A stretch of DNA of 63,961 nt, filler included, from Octopus bimaculoides (GCF_001194135.2; 6 parts of 5 records of this genome joined end to end with filler, not necessarily neighbours in it); one strand, 5' to 3'. Positions 27,251 to 41,265 are shown, numbered from the whole stretch's first letter. Made by a program: numbers and translations. Notes: generated by a model not told the origin, from the sequence alone.

Positions 27251-27310
27251 TGGCAGCCAGCTATGAGACTCGAACTCACACCTCCGTGATTACGCGTCGC
27301 TGTGCTCTAA
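27251..27310 (-). pseudogene. 5'-truncated, degenerate tRNA-Thr(CGT)-like sequence
   Basis: Minus: TAGAGCA-CAGCGA-CGCGTAA-TCACG-GAGGT-GTGAG-TTCGAGT-CTCAT-AGCTGGC-TGCCA; T-arm pairs, anticodon stem imperfect, 5' acceptor strand absent. Confidence 0.55.
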
Positions 27311-27524
27311 TTTAAAACAATTTTAAGAATAACTACAAAAACATTTATTGATGCAGCGACTCAGTTCTAAAAGCGCAGTTAAATGTATTATAAATTTGTT
27401 TTTATTGTTTCTCCAGACGGCTTGTTCAAGTTTGTCTGAGTGAAAAAGCCGTGAAGCAAAACACGAAGTCGAAAGCAAAACTCATTTCATAATATGCGTG
27501 CATGTGNNNNNNNNNNATATATTC

Positions 27525-27870
27525 TTTTCTTTTATTCTTTTATTTGTTTCAGTTATTTTGATTGCGGCCATGCTGGAGCACCGTCTTTAGTCGAGCAAAT
27601 CGACCCCAGGACTTATTCTTTGTAAGCCTAGTACTTATTCTATCTGACTCTATTGCCGTACCGCTATGTTACGGGGACGTAAACACACCAGCAACGGAGG
27701 AAGGGACAAACACAGATACACAAATATATATACGACGAGCTTCTTTCAGTTTCCACTCACAAGGCTTTGGTCGGCCCGAGGTTACAGTAGAAGACACTGG
27801 CCCAAGGTGCCACGCACTGTGACTGAAACCGGAACCATGTTGTTGGTAAGCAAGCTACTTACCACACAGT
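27525..27870 (-). mobile_element. SINE family A copy (CpGs retained); others at 32376-32600(-) and 43470-43745(-)
   Basis: Reverse-complement match to 50471-50935. Confidence 0.9.
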
Positions 27871-28039
27871 CACTCCTTGCTCCCTTAATATAATTATATG
27901 CATATGTATATTATTATTAATTTAATGTATACATTGCTTATGAATTGTTATAGCATACTGACTACCTGATAAAAATCATTGACGTGATTATTATTCTTAC
28001 ATTCTATATAATTTTTTTCACGTCTGGCCGTATGGCCTT

Positions 28040-28597
28040 TCTTGTTTATTTTCACTGTTTCGTTTTCCTGTCTTGTTTTCTGTCCGCCTCTACATTCCAC
28101 CACGTTACAAATTTAATTTGTCTCCGTGGGAAGAGCCGTTCTAACAATGCGTCCTGCCCTAACTCTTCGAAACGCTTAGTTTTAGGATGGTGGCAGCTGA
28201 TGAAGGAAATATTCTCTATGTGGCCTGTCTGTTTTCTGTACTCTGCTTATCATTTTGTCCACGTTTTTTTTTTGCAACGTTCTGTACCCAAGATATGCAT
28301 CTATATATACATGTAGATGTAGGTATGTACATACATGTACGTATATATGCATATACTCAGATATTATTTGTATATATATATATATAGTTTTAAAAAAAAG
28401 GAGAAAAAAGACAAGAAAAACCAACAACGCGGGTATGTGATACTTGCAAAGTGTTAATAAGTCGTTCAGGGAAGGAAAAAAAGGGTGCTTTACGTTTCGA
28501 GCAGGAGAAAGAGGAAAGTCCAAAAGAAAAGAAAGACGGAGGAAAAAATCGCCAACAATCCACATGCAGTTACATTTCTGCACTTTGATTGTGAATC

Positions 28598-28676
<79 letters not shown>

Positions 28677-29995
28677 CATACATATATATCAGTACACACA
28701 TATATATTAATATACATAAATACNNNNNNNNNNNNNNNNNNNNNNNNNNNNNNNNNNNNNNNNNNNNNNNNNNNNNNNNNNNNNNNNNNNNNNNNNNNNN
28801 NNNNNNNNNNNNNNNNNNNNNNNNNNNNNNNNNNNNNNNNNNNNNNNNNNNNNNNNNNNNNNNNNNNNNNNNNNNNNNNNNNNNNNNNNNNNNNNNNNNN
28901 NNNNNNNNNNNNNNNNNNNNTATATATAGTAAAAACTTACTGTATAAAGGTTAACGCGTGCGTTCTGTCGTGATACAAACAATATATGAGTATATGCATA
29001 TATATGTACATGTATGTATATACCTTCATCTACATGTACATATAGATACATAACTGGGTACATGACGTGGCAAAAGAACATGGACAAAATGATAAACAAG
29101 GTACAACAAACAAGCAAGCCACAAAGAAACATCTCCTTCATCAGCTGCCACCATTAAAACACCGGTGTTTCAAAGAATTAAGGCAGTACGTATCGTTGAA
29201 ATGGTTCTTCCCACGAACACAAATTAAATTATTTTCGTGGAGGGTAGTGGCGGACGGAAGACAAGACAGGAAAACGAAACGGCGAATAAACAAACAAGCA
29301 AAAAGGCTGTACAGCCATACGTGAAGTGTGTATGTAGTGAACGCTGTGGAGCACGAACAGGAGGGGCAAAGAAGTACGTGCGAGCTTGGGGAGTCCAAGA
29401 ACGAAAAGAAATAGCAGCCGGACACACGTGACTAAGGCTGTGTAAAGTGAAAGAGTAGCAGAGGGAAAAGAAGGGGAGGAAGTAGAATAAAAGTGAGCAA
29501 CGAGAGGTAGAGAGAGAGAGAGAGAGAGAGAGAGATAGTAGTAGTAACGGTGAGAGGCGAAGGACGAGTAACAAGAGAAAGAGAGAGAGAGAGAGAGATA
29601 GTAGTGACAGGTAGAGGCGAAGAACAGTAGAGGGAAGAATGAGAGGGGGAGACAGATATAGAGATAGAGAGAGTCGCGTTAGAAAAATAGTAAAAAACTT
29701 ACTGTATAAAGGTTAACGCGTGCGTTCTGTCGTGATACAAACAATATATGAGTATATGCATATATATGTACATGTATGTATATACCTTCATCTACATGTA
29801 CATATAGATACATAACTGGGTACATGACGTGGCAAAAGAACATGGACAAAATGATAAACAAGGTAGAACAAACAAGCAAGTCACATAGAAACATCTCCTT
29901 CATCAGCTGCTACCATTAAAACACCGGCGTTTCGAAGAATTAAGGCAGTACGCATCGTTGAAATGGTTCTTCCCACGAACACAAATTAAATTATT
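28040..29995. repeat. Unclassified repeat in three copies: inverted diverged copy ~28040-28385 and near-identical direct copies from 28927 and 29688 (761-bp offset)
   Basis: TAGTAAAAA(A)CTTACTGTATAAAGGTTAACGCGTG...CATCAGCTGC...CCCACGAACACAAATTAAA seen twice; reverse complement at 28050-28400. Confidence 0.9.
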
Positions 29996-31965
29996 NNNNN
30001 NNNNNNNNNNNNNNNNNNNNNNNNNNNNNNNNNNNNNNNNNNNNNNNNNNNNNNNNNNNNNNNNNNNNNNNNNNNNNNNNNNNNNNNNNNNNNNNNNNNN
30101 NNNNNNNNNNNNNNNNNNNNNNNNNNNNNNNNNNNNNNNNNNNNNNNNNNNNNNNNNNNNNNNNNNNNNNNNNNNNNNNNNNNNNNNNNNNNNNNNNNNN
30201 NNNNNNNNNNNNNNNNNNNNNNNNNNNNNNNNNNNNNNNNTGTGTATATGTTCACACATGTGCACATACATCTTTAGACACATGTACGCATACATATTTG
30301 TATTTATCAGGAAAGTCTAATTCATCTACGCCTTGTAATTTGTCAACTACGTAGATAAGTACGCCCAATGTAAGTACATAATGTAAGAGATACAATACAG
30401 ATGGTTCAACGAGTAAAATTTGAGAGAAAAACTTTTGTGGTATTTTTGCCTGTCACCATACACCAGCGCACAGTTCCACCACCACTACTGTCGCTCGGTA
30501 TTACACTGGCGCATACGATATACCTGAATCCCATCTCTATTACATTTTCCGTTGCTGTTTCATATGACCTTTTTTTCTGATCAGCTCTACTTCCCGTTTC
30601 CGCCCTGATTAAAAAGAAAAAAAAATCTTGCAATGAAACCATCTAGACAACTGTTTACATTTTTTTTTCCTACCAGGCCAAAGAGTTGGGTTGGCTTGTA
30701 CGAAGGCAGTGACAACGCTACGAGTTTCAAATTCTTTATAACTGTTTCCTGGTGTATATTTGCAGTCGACACAACGCATTATCATTTCCCTTCAAACGCA
30801 AGCTGCCTTATAACCGACAATTTAAACGATAAACACTGATCTAAATTCCTTTACGGAATTTAGTTAACTGTATATGATTTCAAATCGAATGAGAAGCACC
30901 TTAAACAGCCCATCCTTAGATCAATATTCATACTTTCAAACTCCACTGAAATCAATATGGTTCACACTAAACAGTCGCTTTTCCAGCATAAGTATCGAAA
31001 ATATAAATATCAGTAGAGCAAATGTTTTTCAATAAACGAAGCATAGTACACTCCCTTTTATTCTTGCCTTCAGTCACTCCATTATGGCCTTACTGGTGCG
31101 CCGCTTTGAAGTAGGATATATACTATATATATAGTATATATCGTCACCAGCTCTTATTTTATTGACCCTAGTAGGAGGGAAAAGGCGAAATCGATCAGTA
31201 GCTCAAAAGTAGTAGCGTATGTACTATTTTGAATATTGTCATGATTGACTTACGCTTTCTTGATGTACAAATGGATAGTCTAATTACTGAGAATAAACAA
31301 GTGGAATTTCAACATTATAAAGAGATCTGATCTGACAGTAGATATCTGCATAAGTTAAAGAAATGGTGTTTAATCATGGACTGAATCATCTTGATTCCAC
31401 TCAAATAAAGGAAAAACTAGATTGTCCTCTTTCCTTGAGTATGCTAATTTAATCGTGAACTTATTAATAACTGCTTCAAATTATACCCCCTTCTCATTCA
31501 ACGTTACTAACGTTGCTGCCTAGATTTTATTTTCCTTTTCTGTTTGCGAGATAGATTCTTTAAAAATTTTAGAATTTATCGTATATGGTATTCAGTACAC
31601 CCACGTCGATTTTACGATCCAAATTTATGCATTTTTCGTCTTCGTGTTATATTCTCTTAGCTCTTTTTAGCTTTAATTATGCAAATTTCTTCAACTATTA
31701 TTGTATATGTCAATATGACTCAAACTGATGGGAGGCGAATAGGAACAATGTTATAATGATAAAGCTAAATCGAAGTCAAAACATATCCATAGCTATCTCT
31801 TGCCTACGAAACAAAGACCAGATTCTCTTTTGCCCTTAGCACATTAATTCAATCTTGAGCATATTTGTAATTTCTCTTCTCATTCAGTGTTTCTTTTAAA
31901 AATTATCACTAGGCTTTTGTTTTCCTTCCTTACTTGCGGTAGAAATTTAAATGAATTAAGGATGT

Positions 31966-32008
<43 letters not shown>

Positions 32009-34122
32009 GTGCGCGCGCACGTGTGTATCATTTAATAAAAGTTTGATTTATGCGACTTAAAAATTCGCAGACTCGTCAAATTGTTACTAAAAAATACATG
32101 TAACCCTTACCATTTGTGGTGAGTGCCACTCTCTTTCATTTATATGGTAGACATAGTTAGTATGTCCTTTAATTAATTTTAATCGTTCAGCTATTTAAGG
32201 CTTCTTTAAAGCCTGCAATCGCCTATATTATTGATTCTGTTGTTATCATTTTTAATTGTTAGACTAGATAAATAATAGAGTCAATAATATCTTCACAAAT
32301 ATTTTTTCCTGAATTATTTGCTCCGTATATATATATATATGTATGTATGCATATATGTGTGTATGTGTGTGTGTATTTTATTCTTTCAATCTTTTACTTA
32401 TTCGAGTCATTTGACTGCGGCCATGCTGGAGCACCGCCTTTAGTCGAACAAATCGACCCCAGGACTTATTCTTTGTAAGCATGTTACTTATTCTATCGGT
32501 CTCTTTTGCCGAACCACTAATTTGCGCGGGGACGTAAACACACCAACATCGATTGTTGAGCAATTTTGGGGAGGGGGACAAACATAGACACACAAATATA
32601 CACATATTACAAGTATTCGTATATTACAAATATACACATACAATATATATATATATATATATANNNNNNNNNNNNNNNNNNNNNNNNNNNNNNNNNNNNN
32701 NNNNNNNNNNNNNNNNNNNNNNNNNNNNNNNNNNNNNNNNNNNNNNNNNNNNNNNNNNNNNNNNNNNNNNNNNNNNNNNNNNNNNNNNNNNNNNNNNNNN
32801 NNNNNNNNNNNNNNNNNNNNNNNNNNNNNNNNNNNNNNNNNNNNNNNNNNNNNNNNNNNNNNNNNNNNNNNNNNNNNNNNNNNNNNNNNNNNNNNNNNNN
32901 NNNNNNNNNNNNNNNNNNNNNNNNNNNNNNNNNNNNNNNNNNNNNNNNNNNNNNNNNNNNNNNNNNNNNNNNNNNNNNNNNNNNNNNNNNNNNNNNNNNN
33001 NNNNNNNNNNNNNNNNNNNNNNNNNNNNNNNNNNNNNNNNNNNNNNNNNNNNNNNNNNNNNNNNNNNNNNNNNNNNNNNNNNNNNNNNNNNNNNNNNNNN
33101 NNNNNNNNATATATATATATATGTACACACACACATAGTCACACACACACTGGCACACACACTCATACATGCATACTTTTGTTTTTATCTCCGTATAGTT
33201 GCATGTCTAGATGTGCAACTACATGCATGAGAATACATACATACATACATACATACATACATACATACAAACAAAAATACCCAATTGTTGATGTTGAAGT
33301 TCATATGAAAGAGCCTTCGATCTAAGTTAGAAACAGACTCTTTCTCTATTGGCACGAAATCTTGAAATAAAACTGAGCAATGACATACATAAATACTTAT
33401 ATCTATCTCTACCTATCTCAGTCCGTCTCTCTGTCTCTCTGTCTATCCGTTTATCTGCCTGTCTTTTCATATCCACCCCACCTAATCTCATCCCCCTACA
33501 CACCCTCTCTTTTCATTTGGTCATCCACGCCCAACAATCATTAATTTTCCTTTTTAACTGCAGTCGTTATTTTCACTGTCCACCCATCCGTCTTGCAATG
33601 ACTTCGTCCTGTTTACACGAGGAACGATTACCGTTGGTTGGTTTGTTGAGTTGATTTGTGAAGACACCCTTAGTCAAGTTCCGGCTTCAGACTACAACTT
33701 ATATACTGATGAATGCAAGCACTAATGACGATGCAGAGAAAAAAAATTGGATTCAGTTATATAATAATGTGTTTCACTGACAGAAAATGAAACAAGAAGA
33801 AAGACAAAAATGCCTGCAGTTTTTTAATCTTTCTTTTGGTTAACACGACTTAGAACTCGTCGAGCAGACGACATATACTGAAAACCATTCAAACCATGAC
33901 CATTCTACTTTTCCCATGTGCGTGGAACCCAGGACTTCATTATCCAAAGAGTCCTTTACGTAATGCAATAAGGTGTGATTTGAGTGACATTTGACCACTA
34001 TTTTTAGCAGGTCAAGGAAAGGCTAGATTCTCTCTCGTTGACTCGAGTCTCTATAGCAGGAATCATGAAAGTTATATAATGTAATATATTAGAATTGCTT
34101 GTTGAATTCCATTCCAGTGAAG

Positions 34123-34214
<92 letters not shown>

Positions 34215-34552
34215 TACACATATGTGTATGTGTGAATGTATGTATGTATCAATTTCCTACTAGTAGCTCCCCGGTTCGATTGTATCTTGTGTATATGTCA
34301 TCAACAATGTAAAATATAAATTAACAAAACATCCTTATTCAATCCGTTTATTAGCATAGGCGTGTCACGCCTTTTATGTAGATAGATTAACACCCTAAAA
34401 TAATAATTTTGCAAATATATGAACTAGAATAATTCCTTTATCTTCTGTGGTCTGTAAGCGTTCTATTTCAAAGGAAGTCATTTGCGCGTAGTCAAGTTGC
34501 TACGATAGAGGGACACCAGCCCGTCTGCCAGTCTACTTAAATCTTTGCTCAA

Positions 34553-34890
34553 AGCACATGGTTCAGTGGTTACAGCGTCGGGTTCACAATCATGAGGTAA
34601 TGAGTTCGATTCCCGGACCGGGCTTTTGTGTTGTGTTCTTGAGCAAGACACTATATTTCATGTTGCTCCAGTTCACTCAGCTGTAGAAATGAGTTGCGAC
34701 GTCACTGGTGCCAAGCTGTATCGGCCTTAGTCTTTCCCTTGGATAAATAACATTGGTGACGTGGAGAGGGAAGGCTGGTATGAATGGGCAACTGCTGGTC
34801 TTCTGTAAAACAACCTTGTCCGGACTTGTGCATCGGAAGGGAACTTTCTAGGTGCAATCCCATGGTCATTCATGACCGAAGGAGGTCTTA
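34553..34890 (+). mobile_element. tRNA-derived SINE, fourth family
   Basis: A box GGTTCAGTGGTTA, B box GAGTTCGATTCCC, then GTGTTCTTGAGCAAGACACT, a core motif recalled from metazoan SINE superfamilies. Confidence 0.85.
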
Positions 34891-35329
34891 ACCCATTTTA
34901 AAGGTAATTTTAGTTGTTAGGCCTCATCACAGTCGCTTATCAATCATTAAGAGATGCTATCATACCATATATATATGCATAAAAAATGCAGATACAATAG
35001 TGTCTCACATATATAATGCAGTGAGGTAAATTACTAATTAAAATTATCCAAGTACTAAGCACACAAAATCCAGAGTGATTGAAAATAAAAAAAGCGGGAA
35101 TGAAGGTAATTATACATCGACCGGAATTTTTGACCATATATTCAGTGCAGGCTGGAAGGGATTTGGGCATTAATATAACTAATGAAAGCAACAGACATTT
35201 TGAGGCTTATTAGACCTCCTTAGTGAAACATATTTTCGTCTGTTGGTAGGGCTAAAAATGGTTGACCTTTTATTTGTTTAAATCACTGAAAGTAGTACTC
35301 CAGCGATAATGCTGGAGTACTATTTACGA

Positions 35330-35575
35330 GGATGACCGGTAATAAAGTCACAATTTAAGCTAAGAAAAAAAAAGTCATAATTAATTTATGGTGGCCGGTA
35401 ATAAAGTCACAGGATAAAAAGTCGCAATTAACTTATGGGATCCGGACAAACACCCCTAGGACAAAACCCCCTCGGACACTCCCACCCCCAACAAAACCCC
35501 TGTGATTTTTTTCCTGTGACTTTATCACCGTGCCTTTTTTTTTTTTTGACCTATGACTTTTTTTTTTACCTGGAT
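35330..35575. mobile_element. Palindromic MITE-like element with repeated GGTAATAAAGTCACA subunits
   Basis: CCGGTAATAAAGTCACA at ~35336 and ~35395; inverted TCCTGTGACTTTATCACC at ~35512. Confidence 0.6.
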
Positions 35576-37091
35576 TCACTTTCGAGGGGTTATTCGAACA
35601 CATCAACCTAATATTTATTCTTTTTTTATGTATGATATATATTCTATCGGTTTGTTTCGTCGAACTGCAAGATCACGGGAAAGTAAACAATCCAACAACG
35701 GTTAACAAGTGCTGCAAGGACAAATGCAAGTCATGCACATACATAGATACGTAGATACATACGTACATACGTGCATATATACCTACTACATATGCATACA
35801 GACAGACAGCAGGCAGACAGACAGTAGGCAGGCAGACAGACAGCAGACAGGCAGACAGATAGGCAGACAGACAGATAGACAGACAAACGTGATTGCTTCT
35901 TATCGGGCGGTAGCTGAACGACCACATAAAGGTCCCAAGTTTGTTTTGTCGACGATTAATAGTTAAATATGTCATGTGATCACTCAGATGCGATGGCCGC
36001 ATAGACAACATCATGCCATCCCTAAATTAGAAATATCAGCTTTTGACGTATTTTCCAGCAAAATATATGATTGAAATAGAATTCAAAACGAAAATGATAA
36101 AAATAATGTCACTTATCAATAAGCAGTTAAACCCATAACCTACTGTGTCCTGCTTAAATCATAAATCTTTATACATCGCATACCATAACACGCTCCGAAG
36201 TAGTCAAACTAACATGATAATAAGCCTCTTATCCATCGTTAGTTCGTATAACCAACACTGTAAAAGAAATGTCAAAAGCCATTTAGATGTAGGAGCCGTG
36301 CAATTTATTGCTATATGTCAACTTCAACTCACCGCTCCTTGTCTGTACTGTATATATCCAGTCATTTGCGAATATATCTACATACCTCACCATAACTCCT
36401 ACACTACTTACATTATTAATGCTAAATCTCTTTTCCCCCCACTTTCTTGCTCTCACTTTGTCCCGCTCCTCTCTTTTTCTTCCTCTCCTTTCTCTAACCT
36501 GTTCTACGCAAACACTAAACATATATTTTTAGACACATTAAAATATCTACAGCTTCGTTCTGTCTCAACCGACAATTGCATTCTATAACGCTTGGTCTGA
36601 CGCAGTGGAATATTGCTTACACCATCACCATGATTCTTTTTATTTTCAGTAGTCACCTCCCCAGATTCCACTATTTGTGTGCACCATTATAGACCGGGTA
36701 TCAACGGGTTTCAATTAGAATGCATGTCACTCTAAAGTTATTAGCCTACGATCTCAAGAAGGGAGGAATGTAATATGATACAAAGTAAGATATTGACATG
36801 AACTAACGGTAGGTATAAGAGGACTATTATCACGTTACTTTGAATATCCCGCAGTTCATTATGGTATGTGATGTACAAAGATTTTATCATCTATGCAGAA
36901 CAAAGAATGCCATAAAAGGTTACCTCCTACTGTCAATCTTTTTAATATAAAGATTTACAGCATATGTTGATTGAACCGTTTGGTTCTTTGTTGAGCGCCT
37001 AGTCGTTTCTGATCATGCAGAATAGTTGATCCAAGATGTTCCAGTCGTCATAATACAGACTTCTTTGAGACAATGTTTCTAAGACGACCTA

Positions 37092-37215
37092 CAGTCGTGG
37101 CCAAGAATTTGGAACATTAAAAAAAAAAAATTAACGGTTCATGTATATATATTTGAGCATTTATTATAAAAATTCTAATTTTCAGACCTATGTTCCAAAC
37201 TTTTGGTCACGGCTG
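37092..37215. mobile_element. 124-bp Tc1-family MITE
   Basis: TA|CAGTCGTGGCCAAGAATTTGGAACAT ... ATGTTCCAAACTTTTGGTCACGGCTG|TA. Confidence 0.9.
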
Positions 37216-37539
37216 TAAACAAATATGTTATTTTTTCTTTTTTTTTATAAGGAAATAGGCTCTGATTTGCTGAGCAACCATATAGAAGATTGTTCGCTGT
37301 TGGCTTGCATCTCCTTGGTTTATATCTCCTGGTTGAATGTCATAACTCTGGTTGCCTTTCTTCTTGTTTGATCTCAGACGCTTTACACCTTTTTTACATT
37401 AAACTTTTGACATTATAAATTGAATGACTGCACCAATCCTTTTCATAACCGCACACGCCTGAGTTGTTAACTGTTTGCAAAACACAAATATTTCCTAAAT
37501 TAAAACATTACCTATATCCTGGGACAGTACAACTACCAC

Positions 37540-37577
<38 letters not shown>

Positions 37578-38122
37578 GCACGCACGCACGCACGCACACA
37601 CACACATTCACACATACGCTTACATTTTCAAACACCCGTATACGAACATATTCTCAAACACAAACACATATTCTGTCACATCAAAGTAAAACATTTTTGG
37701 TTGATAGACAAACATAAATAGAAACATACGGACATTGGCTAAACTTAGAGGTTTGTCTTTTATCGCAACGTTATCTTATCGTCTGTATTTCATACCAAAC
37801 ATTTTTTCACATAGAACTAAATCTCTCTTTTCACATACTTTCTTCCCCTCTCATTTAGATGACCGAAAGCACGTAGCAATTATCAACAGAATTATTAATA
37901 ACATATAAAATTAAATTTTTATACAATAAACTCATTTTTTCTTCACCAGTCATCAAGTGAAAATCCGTCCTAAATCTTTTAACCTATTGAGATGCTGTTT
38001 GATTAATGTCATTAATCAATCACTTCTCCAACATAAGTAAAACATTCAACTCTGTTTGTTCAGAGGGCCAATCCTTTAAAGGAAGGTCAGTTTAAAAAAA
38101 AAAAAAAACAAGTAATTTAACA

Positions 38123-38706
38123 GGATCTTTTTTAAAACGGGGGCCACATTTTTCATTAATGTTTTACGTAGTGCTTTTGGTACCGAAAGACTTTCAAACT
38201 TCGTATACTTATCTATTTTGTGTTATAGAACAGAAAAATGTTTTTGTATTCGAATTTATTTCATGTAAAAAATTGTCTTATTTCGATAATTTCAACCAAT
38301 CACTGACGTCCACTCAGCCGATATACATTAAGTGCCGACTACATAAACAAACGATTCTTCGTTTTATTTGCTTTTTTCATTTTAAATTTGCTTCAACCCT
38401 AACCCTAACCCTAACCCTAACCCTAACCCTAACTCTAACCCTAGAGTTAGGGTTAGGGTTAGGGTTAATTGTTTCAGAATCGTTTGTTTATGTAGTCGGC
38501 ACTTAATGTATATCGGCTGAATGGACGTCAGTGATTGGTTGAAATTACAGAAATACGACAACTTTAACATGGAATAATTTATGGATTTCTTTTTTTTTTA
38601 AGAAGACTAAGAGAAAAAGATGTTTTATATGACACATTCTACCAGTGATCCAAGTTTCAAAGTGTTTCGTTAATGAAAAATGTGGCCCCCGTTTTAAAAA
38701 AGATCC
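38123..38706. mobile_element. 584-bp MITE with perfect 37-bp TIRs, 8-bp TSD, inner 71-bp inverted repeat and a central telomeric-repeat palindrome (Merlin-like)
   Basis: TSD ATTTAACA at 38115-38122 and 38707-38714; TIR GGATCTTTTTTAAAACGGGGGCCACATTTTTCATTAA; inner arms 38288-38358 and 38476-38546; (CCCTAA)n then (TTAGGG)n at 38395-38466. Confidence 0.92.
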
Positions 38707-41158
38707 ATTTAACATATTTCACTGAGCATTGCTCATCAGCATGTTAGTGATTAATTAATTTTTTGTTATTTTATAAAAGCATATACATTTCAAATTCTAA
38801 AGACATGGCGCAAACATATTCACTTAAACGCATAAGCACCATTTATGAAGTTAAGCACGAATGTGAATATCCAAACAGATAAATGTGACATTAATATACC
38901 TATACATTTTCGTCTACAATGCTAACAAAAAAAAATTCAATTTCATCAGTTCTTTAAACTTCCTCAATGAGAAATACTGAAGGGAGATAACCGTGGGCAG
39001 ATTCAAAGTCGTAACGTTCACTAAAAAAACAGTCAACATCAGTGATTGAGTTGCGCTATTCGACCGCCTGATTCGAATAAATATAACAGCATCAACGCCA
39101 AGTAGTGATTGTAGATAAACGAACTTTTATTTGGCTAAAATATGTTTGTGGCATATTTTAACTTCTAAAGGCAAATTCCTTGCAGTTACCGAGGAGAAAA
39201 ATTCTCTCTAATGGTAAAAAGTGTAAAAACACCATATCCATCCAGTTCTTCCCCCACTATCAGGTTCCCAGACGGCCGTTTCTGGCTCTCTAGCCTTCCT
39301 AAATGGAAAATACCGAAGAGAGATAACCCTGGGCAAATTCAAAACTGTAACAAAAAAAAACAAAAACAAAAAAAATAGTCAGCATTAATGAATGCAATCG
39401 TGTTTGATCATTGGTCTGTCAGCTTGATCAGGGTTAACTTAGGTTTGAACAGTAATAGCAACAACAACAGCAGCAGCACAAATGAAACGAAATGGTTTCT
39501 ATTTGTAATTGAATCCACTAAATTCGGGTTGCAGTTTCTCGATCACAGAAACTTGATTCTAATCTTCTGTACTTACGATTCTCTCAGAGAACTAATGTAG
39601 TTTCAACTGATTGTTTTTAACACAAGTCCCAATTTTTAAAATGAAGAATGTAATGTTGTCTTGCTCTATACATGTATTTTAACGACAAGCTAAATTTCAC
39701 CTCAAGAACAGCTGACATAAGACACATAATAACTCAATAATTATGCAAAGAAGAAGTCTATTTCTTTTTATGTATCTTACACAATCTTTTATAAAACATG
39801 GTATAACTAATTTGCACCATAAAATTTTCAGATTGTCTTCATTGCTTGTTTATAGTTTTCAAGATAATACAGTTCTTTGTTGCAACACTTTTCTAACCGG
39901 CTTCTTTTGTTCTGAAAATTTCTTCTTCCTTTATTTTATTCTTCATTCCAGCATTGAGTATTTTTCTTAATAGTTTATTAACTGATACTGTAGCTGTTTT
40001 TTATGATTTGGATTAACTCCAATATTTATTTTATCTAAGGCGACAAGCTGCCAGAATTTTTAGTACGCTGGACGAAATGCTTAGCGGCATTTCGTCCGTC
40101 TTTATGATCTGAACCCAAATTCTGCTGGGATCGGCTTTGCCTTTCAGCCTATCGGGATCGATAAAATAAGTACCAGTTGGAACACTGGAGCCGATGTAAT
40201 CGACTTGTCTCTTCCTCCGAAATTCCTGGCATTGTGACAAAATTTGAAGCTAATATTCTTTTTTCCTACACTACCAAAATCAACACCCACCCCTCATCGT
40301 TTTCTTAAAGTGTCATTCACCTATGTTGAGCTGGCCTAACATTTTTGGTCAGAAAAAACGATCTATTATTAACCTAAGCAATTCATGGCTACTTGGAAAG
40401 GAATGTTGAAAACATCTTGTAGACGGTAAGTATACACTACGTTCAAGAAACCTAGAAGCATTAAATAGATAAGGAGATCACAAGTTCATACCGTATCGGA
40501 TATCATTTTCGTCAATCGCCACAAGCGTGAGTGAAAAAACATGGCAGCTACATACCAGCCATATTTTAGACATAGAAACTGTTACACCGGTTTGGGTCAA
40601 TGAGTCTAATATAATTGTTTGTCTTTATATATATCAGTCTATCTATTAAGCTTTCTATCTATTTAAATAGATCTGTCAACCAATTTGCTCTGAAATTCCA
40701 TTTACGCTTCATTAACACAAAGGAAGAACTGCAATAAAAGATATCAGCATCTCAACAAAAATATTTTAGAAATGTGATATTTTCCCATTTTAATGTAAAA
40801 CTGTCCAAATTTAATTCCAAGATAACTACATTATTTCAAGGAAGCTTGTAACCTGTGTCAGTAACCGCTCACTAACACGCATTACAAAAACAAAAAAACT
40901 CTAGCCTGAACGTTTATCGCATTTGTAAACGTCAGCAGTTAACAGTATGTAGCTAAGTTTATTCATAAGTTATCTAGAATCCTGTGAAGAGGTCAAAGAC
41001 ACAGAAACAACTAAAGACGTGCTATAAAAGAAGAGTTATTTTTTGGATTTACTCTAATAAGGGTAACAGCTAATAAGGAAATGAGAATGAAATGAAAATA
41101 TTATTACATTAAGCTAAAACAAAGTTTCGAGTATGATAGATACATTACTATATATATA

Positions 41159-41184
41159 TCTATATATATAAAAATGAGAATGTG

Positions 41185-41265
<81 letters not shown>

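Noticed and set aside
38395-38466. Ancient chromosome end-to-end fusion site
   Set aside because: Orientation is CCCTAA then TTAGGG (a fusion gives the reverse) and it lies inside a TSD-flanked MITE.
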